From NCBI RefSeq assembly GCF_000195955.2, contig NC_000962.3:390001-422000 (forward strand): a stretch of 32,000 nt of DNA, read 5' to 3'. The translations under genes were made by a program, and so were the position numbers. Below are positions 18,634 to 27,477 of this stretch, piece by piece. This DNA is from Mycobacterium tuberculosis H37Rv (lineage in GTDB: Bacteria; Actinomycetota; Actinomycetes; Mycobacteriales; Mycobacteriaceae). The notes below the pieces were generated by a model that was not told where the DNA came from, made no database searches, and was given only the letters and a program-made list of their open reading frames with translations. The stretch's first letter is position 1. Each line of letters opens with the position of its first letter.

Positions 18634-19173
18634 GTGGCAAACTCGTTGCTCGACTTTGTCATCTCGCTTGTGCGCGACCCGGAAGCGGCCGCACGTTACG
18701 CCGCGAACCCCGAGCGGTCGATCGCCGAAGCTCACCTTACCGACGTGACCAGAGCGGATGTGAACAGCCTGATCCCGGTGGTGTCGGATTCGTTGTCGAT
18801 GTCCGAACCCATCGGAGCCGCTGGCGGGGCACACGCTGGCGATCGTGGCAACGTTTGGGCGAGCGGCGCGGCCACGGCTGCGCTTGATGCGTTCGCCCCA
18901 CACGCCGATGCGGGTGTTGTCCAACAGCACGGTGCGGTCGGCAGCGTTCTCAACCAGCCGACCCCACCCGGACCGGGCGTGACACCCACCGATCCGCGCC
19001 CCTTCCGAGCCGGTCCACATGAGACGTCGGCGCTGCTCACGAGCGCTGAAATACCCGACACGACCAGCGAGGACGGGGGATTGCCGACAGACCATCCGGC
19101 TGTCTGGAACCACCCGGTCGTTGACCCACATACCGTCGAGCCCGATCATCACGGCTACGACATCCACGGATAA
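18634..19173 (+). CDS. IniB N-terminal-domain-like small protein (Rv0340-like), 179 aa
   Basis: MANSLLDFVISLVRDPEAAARYAANPERSIAEAHLTDVTRADVNSLIPVV aligns to the IniB N-terminus. Confidence 0.85.
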   Translation: MANSLLDFVISLVRDPEAAARYAANPERSIAEAHLTDVTRADVNSLIPVVSDSLSMSEPIGAAGGAHAGDRGNVWASGAATAALDAFAPHADAGVVQQHGAVGSVLNQPTPPGPGVTPTDPRPFRAGPHETSALLTSAEIPDTTSEDGGLPTDHPAVWNHPVVDPHTVEPDHHGYDIHG

Positions 19174-19201
19174 GTTCCGGACCGGCGTAGGGGTGCCCCA
19201 T

Positions 19202-19220
19202 TTCCCCTAATCCCCTAACG
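19202..19220 (+). promoter_or_regulatory. Direct repeats TTCCCCTAATCCCCTAACG upstream of iniB
   Basis: CCCCTAA at 19204 and 19212 (8-nt period), ~140-155 nt upstream of the iniB start. Confidence 0.6.
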
Positions 19221-19268
19221 CGGCGGCCAGGCCGATCCCGATAGGTGTTTGGCCGGCTTGCGGATCAG

Positions 19269-19284
19269 ACCCCGATTTCGGGGT
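19269..19284. promoter_or_regulatory. Perfect inverted repeat ACCCCGA-TT-TCGGGGT in the iniB leader/promoter
   Basis: 7-bp arms, 2-nt spacer, 77 nt upstream of ATG 19362. Confidence 0.5.
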
Positions 19285-19361
19285 GAGGCGGAATCCATAG
19301 CGTCGATGGCACAGCGCCGGTCACGCCGGCGAACAGCTTCTTCGATTGAAGGGAAATGAAG

Positions 19362-20801
19362 ATGACCTCGCTTATCGATTACATCCTGAGCCTGTTCCGC
19401 AGCGAAGACGCCGCCCGGTCGTTCGTTGCCGCTCCGGGACGGGCCATGACCAGTGCCGGGCTGATCGATATCGCGCCGCACCAAATCTCATCGGTGGCGG
19501 CCAATGTGGTGCCGGGTCTGAATCTGGGTGCCGGCGACCCCATGAGCGGATTGCGGCAGGCCGTCGCCGCTCGGCATGGCTTTGCGCAGGACGTCGCCAA
19601 TGTCGGCTTCGCCGGTGACGCGGGCGCGGGGGTGGCAAGCGTCATCACGACCGATGTCGGTGCGGGCCTGGCTAGCGGACTGGGTGCTGGGTTCCTGGGT
19701 CAGGGTGGCCTGGCTCTCGCCGCGTCAAGCGGTGGTTTCGGCGGTCAGGTCGGCTTGGCTGCCCAGGTCGGTCTGGGTTTTACTGCCGTGATTGAGGCCG
19801 AGGTCGGCGCTCAGGTTGGTGCTGGGTTAGGTATTGGGACGGGTCTGGGTGCTCAGGCCGGTATGGGCTTTGGCGGCGGGGTTGGCCTGGGTCTGGGTGG
19901 TCAGGCCGGCGGTGTGATCGGTGGGAGCGCGGCCGGGGCTATCGGTGCCGGCGTCGGCGGTCGCCTAGGCGGCAATGGCCAGATCGGAGTTGCCGGCCAG
20001 GGTGCCGTTGGCGCTGGTGTCGGCGCTGGTGTCGGCGGCCAGGCGGGCATCGCTAGCCAGATCGGTGTCTCAGCCGGTGGTGGGCTCGGCGGCGTCGGCA
20101 ATGTCAGCGGCCTGACCGGGGTCAGCAGCAACGCAGTGTTGGCTTCCAACGCAAGCGGCCAGGCGGGGTTGATCGCCAGTGAAGGCGCTGCCTTGAACGG
20201 CGCTGCTATGCCTCATCTGTCGGGCCCGTTAGCCGGTGTCGGTGTGGGTGGTCAGGCCGGCGCCGCTGGCGGCGCCGGGTTGGGCTTCGGAGCGGTCGGG
20301 CACCCGACTCCTCAGCCGGCGGCCCTGGGCGCGGCTGGCGTGGTGGCCAAGACCGAGGCGGCTGCTGGAGTGGTTGGCGGGGTCGGCGGGGCAACCGCGG
20401 CCGGGGTCGGCGGGGCACACGGCGACATCCTGGGCCACGAGGGAGCCGCACTGGGCAGTGTCGACACGGTCAACGCCGGTGTCACGCCCGTCGAGCATGG
20501 CTTGGTCCTGCCCAGTGGCCCCCTGATCCACGGCGGTACCGGCGGCTATGGCGGCATGAACCCGCCAGTGACCGATGCGCCGGCACCGCAAGTTCCGGCG
20601 CGGGCCCAGCCGATGACCACGGCGGCCGAGCACACGCCGGCGGTTACCCAACCGCAGCACACGCCGGTCGAGCCGCCGGTCCACGATAAGCCGCCGAGCC
20701 ATTCGGTGTTTGACGTCGGTCACGAGCCGCCGGTGACGCACACGCCGCCGGCGCCCATCGAACTGCCGTCGTACGGCCTTTTCGGACTACCCGGGTTCTG
20801 A
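19362..20801 (+). CDS. iniB: Isoniazid-inducible Gly/Ala-rich protein IniB, 479 aa
   Basis: MTSLIDYILSLFRSEDAARSFVAAPGRAM..., GGQAG/GLG-rich middle, Pro-rich tail; strong RBS-like GAAGGGAAATGAAG before ATG. Confidence 0.95.
   Translation: MTSLIDYILSLFRSEDAARSFVAAPGRAMTSAGLIDIAPHQISSVAANVVPGLNLGAGDPMSGLRQAVAARHGFAQDVANVGFAGDAGAGVASVITTDVGAGLASGLGAGFLGQGGLALAASSGGFGGQVGLAAQVGLGFTAVIEAEVGAQVGAGLGIGTGLGAQAGMGFGGGVGLGLGGQAGGVIGGSAAGAIGAGVGGRLGGNGQIGVAGQGAVGAGVGAGVGGQAGIASQIGVSAGGGLGGVGNVSGLTGVSSNAVLASNASGQAGLIASEGAALNGAAMPHLSGPLAGVGVGGQAGAAGGAGLGFGAVGHPTPQPAALGAAGVVAKTEAAAGVVGGVGGATAAGVGGAHGDILGHEGAALGSVDTVNAGVTPVEHGLVLPSGPLIHGGTGGYGGMNPPVTDAPAPQVPARAQPMTTAAEHTPAVTQPQHTPVEPPVHDKPPSHSVFDVGHEPPVTHTPPAPIELPSYGLFGLPGF
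19580..20490 (+). repeat. Gly/Ala-rich low-complexity coding region of iniB (GVGGQAG/GLGGQAG units)
   Basis: Recurrent GVGGQAG, GLGGQAG, GAGVGAG in the translation. Confidence 0.8.
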
Positions 20802-20837
20802 TTCGCGAGCCGATTTCACGAACCGGTGGGGACGTTC

Positions 20838-22760
20838 ATGGTCCCCGCCGGTTTGTGCGCATACCGTGATCTGAGGCGTAAACGAGCGAGAAAGTGGGGC
20901 GACACGGTGACCCAGCCCGATGACCCACGTCGGGTCGGTGTGATCGTCGAACTGATCGATCACACTATCGCCATCGCCAAACTGAACGAGCGTGGTGATC
21001 TAGTACAGCGGTTGACGCGGGCTCGCCAGCGGATCACCGACCCGCAGGTCCGTGTGGTGATCGCCGGGCTGCTCAAACAGGGCAAGAGTCAATTGCTCAA
21101 TTCGTTGCTCAACCTGCCCGCGGCGCGAGTAGGCGATGACGAGGCCACCGTGGTGATCACCGTCGTAAGCTACAGCGCCCAACCGTCGGCCCGGCTTGTG
21201 CTGGCCGCCGGGCCCGACGGGACAACCGCAGCGGTTGACATTCCCGTCGATGACATCAGCACCGATGTGCGTCGGGCTCCGCACGCCGGTGGCCGCGAGG
21301 TGTTGCGGGTCGAGGTCGGCGCGCCCAGCCCGCTGCTGCGGGGCGGGCTGGCGTTTATCGATACTCCGGGTGTGGGCGGCCTCGGACAGCCCCACCTGTC
21401 GGCGACGCTGGGGCTGCTACCCGAGGCCGATGCCGTCTTGGTGGTCAGCGACACCAGCCAGGAATTCACCGAACCCGAGATGTGGTTCGTGCGGCAGGCC
21501 CACCAGATCTGTCCGGTCGGGGCGGTCGTGGCCACCAAGACCGACCTGTATCCGCGCTGGCGGGAGATCGTCAATGCCAATGCAGCACATCTGCAGCGGG
21601 CCCGGGTTCCGATGCCGATCATCGCAGTCTCATCACTGTTGCGCAGCCACGCGGTCACGCTTAACGACAAAGAGCTCAACGAAGAGTCCAACTTTCCGGC
21701 GATCGTCAAGTTTCTCAGCGAGCAGGTGCTTTCCCGCGCGACGGAGCGAGTGCGTGCTGGGGTACTCGGCGAAATACGTTCGGCAACAGAGCAATTGGCG
21801 GTGTCTCTAGGTTCCGAACTATCGGTGGTCAACGACCCGAACCTCCGTGACCGACTTGCTTCGGATTTGGAGCGGCGCAAACGGGAAGCCCAGCAGGCGG
21901 TGCAACAGACAGCGCTGTGGCAGCAGGTGCTGGGCGACGGGTTCAACGACCTGACTGCTGACGTGGACCACGACCTACGAACCCGCTTCCGCACCGTCAC
22001 CGAAGACGCCGAGCGCCAGATCGACTCCTGTGACCCGACTGCGCATTGGGCCGAGATTGGCAACGACGTCGAGAATGCGATCGCCACAGCGGTCGGCGAC
22101 AACTTCGTGTGGGCATACCAGCGTTCCGAAGCGTTGGCCGACGACGTCGCTCGCTCCTTTGCCGACGCGGGGTTGGACTCGGTCCTGTCAGCAGAGCTGA
22201 GCCCCCACGTCATGGGCACCGACTTCGGCCGGCTCAAAGCGCTGGGCCGGATGGAATCGAAACCGCTGCGCCGGGGCCATAAAATGATTATCGGCATGCG
22301 GGGTTCCTATGGCGGCGTGGTCATGATTGGCATGCTGTCGTCGGTGGTCGGACTTGGGTTGTTCAACCCGCTATCGGTGGGGGCCGGGTTGATCCTCGGC
22401 CGGATGGCATATAAAGAGGACAAACAAAACCGGTTGCTGCGGGTGCGCAGCGAGGCCAAGGCCAATGTGCGGCGCTTCGTCGACGACATTTCGTTCGTCG
22501 TCAGCAAACAATCACGGGATCGGCTCAAGATGATCCAGCGTCTGCTGCGCGACCACTACCGCGAGATCGCCGAAGAGATCACCCGGTCGCTCACCGAGTC
22601 CCTGCAGGCGACCATCGCGGCGGCGCAGGTGGCGGAAACCGAGCGGGACAATCGAATTCGGGAACTTCAGCGGCAATTGGGTATCCTGAGCCAGGTCAAC
22701 GACAACCTTGCCGGCTTGGAGCCAACCTTGACGCCCCGGGCGAGCTTGGGACGAGCGTGA
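20838..22760 (+). CDS. iniA: Isoniazid-inducible dynamin-like GTPase IniA, 640 aa
   Basis: G1 AGLLKQGKSQLLNSLLN, G3 FIDTPGVGG, G4-like ATKTDLYP; hydrophobic GVVMIGMLSSVVGLGLFNPLSVGAGLIL segment. An in-frame GTG at 20907 is an alternative start. Confidence 0.95.
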   Translation: MVPAGLCAYRDLRRKRARKWGDTVTQPDDPRRVGVIVELIDHTIAIAKLNERGDLVQRLTRARQRITDPQVRVVIAGLLKQGKSQLLNSLLNLPAARVGDDEATVVITVVSYSAQPSARLVLAAGPDGTTAAVDIPVDDISTDVRRAPHAGGREVLRVEVGAPSPLLRGGLAFIDTPGVGGLGQPHLSATLGLLPEADAVLVVSDTSQEFTEPEMWFVRQAHQICPVGAVVATKTDLYPRWREIVNANAAHLQRARVPMPIIAVSSLLRSHAVTLNDKELNEESNFPAIVKFLSEQVLSRATERVRAGVLGEIRSATEQLAVSLGSELSVVNDPNLRDRLASDLERRKREAQQAVQQTALWQQVLGDGFNDLTADVDHDLRTRFRTVTEDAERQIDSCDPTAHWAEIGNDVENAIATAVGDNFVWAYQRSEALADDVARSFADAGLDSVLSAELSPHVMGTDFGRLKALGRMESKPLRRGHKMIIGMRGSYGGVVMIGMLSSVVGLGLFNPLSVGAGLILGRMAYKEDKQNRLLRVRSEAKANVRRFVDDISFVVSKQSRDRLKMIQRLLRDHYREIAEEITRSLTESLQATIAAAQVAETERDNRIRELQRQLGILSQVNDNLAGLEPTLTPRASLGRA

Positions 22761-24238
22761 GCACCAGCGACCGGGTCCGCGCGATTCTGCACGCAACCAT
22801 CCAGGCCTACCGGGGTGCGCCGGCCTATCGTCAGCGTGGCGACGTTTTTTGCCAGCTGGACCGCATCGGTGCGCGCCTAGCCGAACCGCTGCGCATCGCG
22901 TTGGCTGGCACACTCAAGGCCGGAAAATCCACTCTCGTCAACGCCCTTGTCGGCGACGACATCGCTCCGACCGATGCCACCGAGGCCACCCGGATTGTGA
23001 CCTGGTTCCGGCACGGTCCGACACCGCGGGTCACCGCCAACCATCGCGGCGGTCGACGCGCCAACGTGCCGATCACCCGTCGGGGCGGGCTGAGTTTCGA
23101 CCTGCGCAGGATCAACCCGGCCGAGCTGATCGACCTGGAAGTCGAGTGGCCAGCCGAGGAACTCATCGACGCCACCATTGTTGACACCCCGGGAACGTCG
23201 TCGTTGGCATGCGATGCCTCCGAGCGCACGTTGCGGCTGCTGGTCCCCGCCGACGGGGTGCCTCGGGTGGATGCGGTGGTGTTCCTGTTGCGCACCCTGA
23301 ACGCCGCTGACGTCGCGCTGCTCAAACAGATCGGTGGGCTGGTCGGCGGGTCGGTGGGAGCCCTGGGCATCATCGGGGTGGCGTCTCGCGCGGATGAGAT
23401 CGGCGCGGGCCGCATCGACGCGATGCTCTCGGCCAACGACGTGGCCAAGCGGTTCACCCGCGAACTGAACCAGATGGGCATTTGCCAGGCGGTGGTGCCG
23501 GTATCCGGACTTCTTGCGCTGACCGCGCGCACACTGCGCCAGACCGAGTTCATCGCGCTGCGCAAGCTGGCCGGTGCCGAGCGCACCGAGCTCAATAGGG
23601 CCCTGCTGAGCGTGGACCGTTTTGTGCGCCGGGACAGTCCGCTACCGGTGGACGCGGGCATCCGTGCGCAATTGCTCGAGCGGTTCGGCATGTTCGGCAT
23701 CCGGATGTCGATTGCCGTGCTGGCGGCCGGCGTGACCGATTCGACCGGGCTGGCCGCCGAACTGCTGGAGCGCAGCGGGCTGGTGGCGCTGCGCAATGTG
23801 ATAGACCAGCAGTTCGCGCAGCGCTCCGACATGCTTAAGGCGCATACCGCCTTGGTCTCCTTGCGCCGATTCGTGCAGACGCATCCGGTGCCGGCGACCC
23901 CGTACGTCATTGCCGACATCGACCCGTTGCTAGCCGACACCCACGCCTTCGAAGAACTCCGAATGCTAAGCCTTTTGCCTTCGCGGGCAACGACATTGAA
24001 CGACGACGAAATCGCGTCGCTGCGCCGCATCATCGGCGGGTCGGGCACCAGTGCCGCCGCTCGGCTGGGCCTGGATCCCGCGAATTCTCGCGAGGCCCCG
24101 CGCGCCGCGCTGGCCGCAGCGCAACACTGGCGTCGCCGTGCGGCGCATCCACTCAACGATCCGTTCACTACCAGGGCCTGTCGCGCGGCGGTGCGCAGCG
24201 CCGAGGCGATGGTGGCGGAGTTCTCTGCTCGCCGCTGA
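22757..24238 (+). CDS. iniC: Isoniazid-inducible dynamin-like GTPase IniC, 493 aa
   Basis: G1 LAGTLKAGKSTLVNALVGD, G3 IVDTPGTSSL; GTG start overlaps the iniA TGA stop (GTGA). Confidence 0.95.
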   Translation: MSTSDRVRAILHATIQAYRGAPAYRQRGDVFCQLDRIGARLAEPLRIALAGTLKAGKSTLVNALVGDDIAPTDATEATRIVTWFRHGPTPRVTANHRGGRRANVPITRRGGLSFDLRRINPAELIDLEVEWPAEELIDATIVDTPGTSSLACDASERTLRLLVPADGVPRVDAVVFLLRTLNAADVALLKQIGGLVGGSVGALGIIGVASRADEIGAGRIDAMLSANDVAKRFTRELNQMGICQAVVPVSGLLALTARTLRQTEFIALRKLAGAERTELNRALLSVDRFVRRDSPLPVDAGIRAQLLERFGMFGIRMSIAVLAAGVTDSTGLAAELLERSGLVALRNVIDQQFAQRSDMLKAHTALVSLRRFVQTHPVPATPYVIADIDPLLADTHAFEELRMLSLLPSRATTLNDDEIASLRRIIGGSGTSAAARLGLDPANSREAPRAALAAAQHWRRRAAHPLNDPFTTRACRAAVRSAEAMVAEFSARR

Positions 24239-24380
24239 CGCGTCAGGCCCTCGGGTGTCACAGTGGTGGGCGTGACTGGTGGCGCCAACGCAACGGTGAT
24301 CAGCCACCGGGTGGAACATGTTTTCGAGCCCAAGGGGCAGCGACGGCAGCTCGGGGCACAAGGGTCATAAGGGCATGCGC

Positions 24381-24941
24381 TCAGAATGTGTCGACCTTCT
24401 CGATGCTGACGAACATGCCATGGCCCGTGCGGTTGTTCGTGAAGCGGGTGCCATCGGTGGTGGCGTCGATGGTCCAGCCCTGCGCCTCATAGGTTCGGTA
24501 GTCGATGCTGACGGTGGGGATGGCGCCCAGATTGCCCAACACCCACTGCACGGAGCCGCCGGCGGTGATGTGGATGCCGTTGGCGTGCTCACCATCTCGC
24601 AAGGGGGAGTTGGTGAACGGTGCCTCGCAGCCAACGCTGTCCCTATTGATCTGGCAACGCGTCATTCCGGACTTGGTTTCGATGAAGACGTAACCGTTGG
24701 AGTCAGGCGGGAGCGGAATGGCGCCGGCCGGCGCGGTCGGGCTGACCGGTGTCGTCGGTAGCGTCGGGGCGGTGGTCCCCGGCGGCGCGGTAGTTGGCCT
24801 AGGCGTCGGAAAAGTCGGCTCGGTAGGTCCCGACCCTGGCGAAGCGACCGGCCTGCCGTCGATGGTGGTGTTGCAGCCGGCAACTAGCGCGGTAGCCGCC
24901 AGCAGGGCCGCCATACCCCGTGCAATGAGCGATAGCCGCAC
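24381..24941 (-). CDS. lpqJ: Lipoprotein LpqJ, 186 aa
   Basis: Signal peptide with lipobox MRLSLIARGMAALLAATALVAGC. Confidence 0.9.
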   Translation of the reverse strand: MRLSLIARGMAALLAATALVAGCNTTIDGRPVASPGSGPTEPTFPTPRPTTAPPGTTAPTLPTTPVSPTAPAGAIPLPPDSNGYVFIETKSGMTRCQINRDSVGCEAPFTNSPLRDGEHANGIHITAGGSVQWVLGNLGAIPTVSIDYRTYEAQGWTIDATTDGTRFTNNRTGHGMFVSIEKVDTF

Positions 24942-25043
24942 GCGCTACTCCCCGGAAATCTGAGATATCGGGAGTAGGTTACGCGCGAGGTCCCGCAATT
25001 TACTGCAGTGACGCGCTTCTGCAACGGCCCGCATAATCGGAGA

Positions 25044-25460
25044 ATGGCGTTGTTGCCGTCGACGGTCGTGGGAGTCTTGCTGGCCGCGGGTGCGGGCCGG
25101 TGGTATGGCAAGCCGAAAGTGCTGGTTGACGGGTGGCTGGACACCGCGGTCGGGGCGTTGCGCGACGGTGGTTGTAACGACGTTATTTTGGTGCTGGGTG
25201 CTGTCGAGGTGTCGGCACCGGCCGGTGTCACCGCGATTACCGCGCCGGACTGGCAGCAGGGGCTGAGCGCGTCAGTGCGTGCGGGTCTGGCCCAGGCCGA
25301 CCGCGAGCACGCCGACTACGCCGTCCTGCATGTGATCGACACGCCCGATGTCAATGCCAAGGTGGTGGCTCGAGTCCTTGGCCGTGCCTTGGTATCCCGC
25401 AGCGGTCTGGCAGGGCGCGGCCGCATACCTGCGCACAGTGCCCGACGTCGAGGCTGTTGA
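25044..25460 (+). pseudogene. Truncated MobA-like nucleotidyltransferase (Rv0345-like)
   Basis: VVGVLLAAGAGRWYGKPKVLVDGWLDTAVGALRDGGCNDVILVLGA NTP-transferase start; expected C-terminal [18 protein letters not shown] is found in another frame at about 25393-25527. Confidence 0.7.
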
Positions 25461-25501
25461 GTGCGGCGACTTGGCTAGTGGTCGCGATGTCGACGTGGAC
25501 C

Positions 25502-26965
25502 TCAGATTGGATCCGCCGAATGGACGACCGCGACACTCTTGGTGTGGTCGATGGCGTGGTGCGCGACGGCCGTCACACGATTGCGGACCAAATACCAGCC
25601 ACCGATGAGGGCCGGTACACCGATCACCGTTGCGGCGATCATCCAGGGACCGTGTTGTTCGTCGAAGTACATCAGGATCAGCACGCCGGCCAGGAAAGCC
25701 AGCGTCAGATAGCCGCTGAACGGTGAAAGCGGCATCCGGAATTTCGGCCGCTGCAGCTGCCCGGCGTTCGCCATCCGGTGGAGCCGCAGCTGGCAAGCCA
25801 CGATCGTCGCCCAGGCCGCGATGACTCCCGTCGCGGCGATGTGGAGCACGATCTCGAAGGCTTGGCTCGGTTTGATGGCGTTGAGAATGATGCCCAACAG
25901 GCCGATACCGGCGGTGAGCAGGATCCCGCCGTACGGCACGCCGGTCTTCGACATTGGTGCGGTGAACCTCGGGCCGCTGCCGTTGATCGCCATTGATCGC
26001 AGGATCCGTCCGGTGGAATACAGTCCGGCGTTGAGGCTCGACAGCGCGGCGGTGAGCACGACGAGGTTCATCACGCTGCCCGCCGCGTCGATACCGATCT
26101 TGGAAAAGAAGGTCACGAACGGGCTGACATGTTCTTTGTAGGCGGTATAGGGCAGCAGCAGGGCCAGCAGGACAGTCGACCCGACGTAGAAGCACGCGAT
26201 GCGCAACACCACAGAGTTGATCGCGCGCGGCATGATCTTTGCCGGTTCGGCTGTTTCCCCGGCCGCGATGCCCACCAGTTCGATTGCGGCGTAGGCGAAT
26301 ACCACCCCCGAGGTGACCAGCACTATGGGCAGCAGACCGGTTGGCACGATGCCTCCATGGCTGCTCCACAGGGAGACCCCGGTCTCCTGGCCGTCGATCT
26401 TGTAGCGCCCAGCGAGAAAGACCGTACCGACGATCAGAAACGTAACCAGCGCGATCACCTTGATCAATGAGGCCCAGAACTCCAGCTCGCCGAAGAGCCT
26501 GACCGAGATCAGGTTCATCGACAACACGACCAGCAGCGCGATCAACGCCAGCGTCCACTGGGGGATGGGTTGAAACGCCCGCCAGTAATGGCAATAGTGC
26601 GCGATCGCGGTGGTATCGACGATCCCCGTCATCGCCCAGTTCAGGAAGTACATCCACCCGGCGACGAAGGCCACCTTTTCCCCGTAGAACTCGCGGGCGT
26701 AGGACACGAATGACCCCGAGGACGGACGGTGCAGCACCAGTTCGCCGAGCGCGCGCAGGATCAGGAACACGAAGATGCCGCAGATCCCATAGACCAGGAA
26801 CAAACCGGGCCCCGCCGATGCAAGGCGGCCGCCGGCGCCGAGAAAAAGGCCGGTACCGATGGCACCACCGAGAGCGATCATTTGCAGTTGCCGGCTATGG
26901 AGGCCTTTGTGATAGCCCGTGTCTTCGCGCGTGAGCCGCTCGTCGGTGATGTCTAGCGGTGGCAT
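25502..26965 (-). CDS. ansP2: Amino-acid permease (L-asparagine permease AnsP2-like), 487 aa
   Basis: [27 protein letters not shown], ~12 TM helices, [26 protein letters not shown]-family signature. Confidence 0.93.
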
Positions 26966-27155
26966 TGAGCTCCCTGGGATGGTGGCTTCTTGGGACGCGC
27001 GTGAGATGGGGCACACCCAACGGACTGGCTGTCAGGCTATCCCACGCGGCTGCGAGGTGCCGCTTGGCAACCAATCGGAAACAATCGATCGGTCAACGGT
27101 GCTTTGTTGTCGTGCCGACCGTCGCGGGTGGCCGCGTTGACAGTCGATATTGCGG

Positions 27156-27425
27156 TCACAGGCTGACGCGCCTGGCCAGCCAGACGCTCGCGAAGTGCGG
27201 GTCCGTCCTGGCCGCGAGGGTGTCGTAGCCGCGGTCGTAGTGTGAGACTCCGACACCTGATCCGCCAGCGCAGAGATGTGAGATCAACGGACGGAAGGCG
27301 ACGGTGCCCGGCGCGCGCGAGTTGACGCTGCGCGTCGAGCGCGGGGCTCTATTTCGGCGTCGATGGGCAGCATCGGCAGCGTCATCAGCTCGCGCAGCAA
27401 TTCGTCGTGATCCGCGGCGCTGCGC
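27156..27425 (-). pseudogene. Probable unannotated VapC/PIN-domain toxin remnant (N-terminally truncated, frameshifted)
   Basis: Minus-strand pieces in changing frames: ADHDELLRELMTLPMLPIDAEI / ALDAQRQLARAGHRRLPSVDL / GVGVSHYDRGYDTLAARTDPHFASVWLARRVSL, in the order of a PIN-domain C-terminal half, ending at TGA (27156-27158 on + coordinates). Confidence 0.6.
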
Positions 27426-27444
27426 GCTGGGTACCCGGCCTCGA

Positions 27445-27477
27445 TGGGTATCATTTTTGGTTATCGTTCTGGTTATC
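27445..27477 (+). promoter_or_regulatory. Three iteron-like repeats TGGGTATC/TGGTTATC/TGGTTATC
   Basis: At 27445, 27458, 27470 (13/12-nt period), in an AT-richer patch just before ATG 27478. Confidence 0.5.

Noticed and set aside
19800-20300. Possible adhesin/PE_PGRS identity of the Gly-rich region
   Set aside because: Lacks PE domain and GGAGG/GGxGG PGRS pattern; composition and context identify iniB.
21170-22297. 375-aa minus-strand ORF opposite iniA
   Set aside because: Ser/Arg/Thr-rich antisense artefact; iniA is a clear dynamin-like gene.
22831-24333. 500-aa minus-strand ORF opposite iniC
   Set aside because: Same GC-bias artefact; no recognisable motifs, Ser/Arg-rich.
25272-26657. 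461-aa minus-strand ORF overlapping ansP2 in another frame
   Set aside because: ansP2 frame encodes a complete permease; the alternative frame is Arg/His-rich without domain features.
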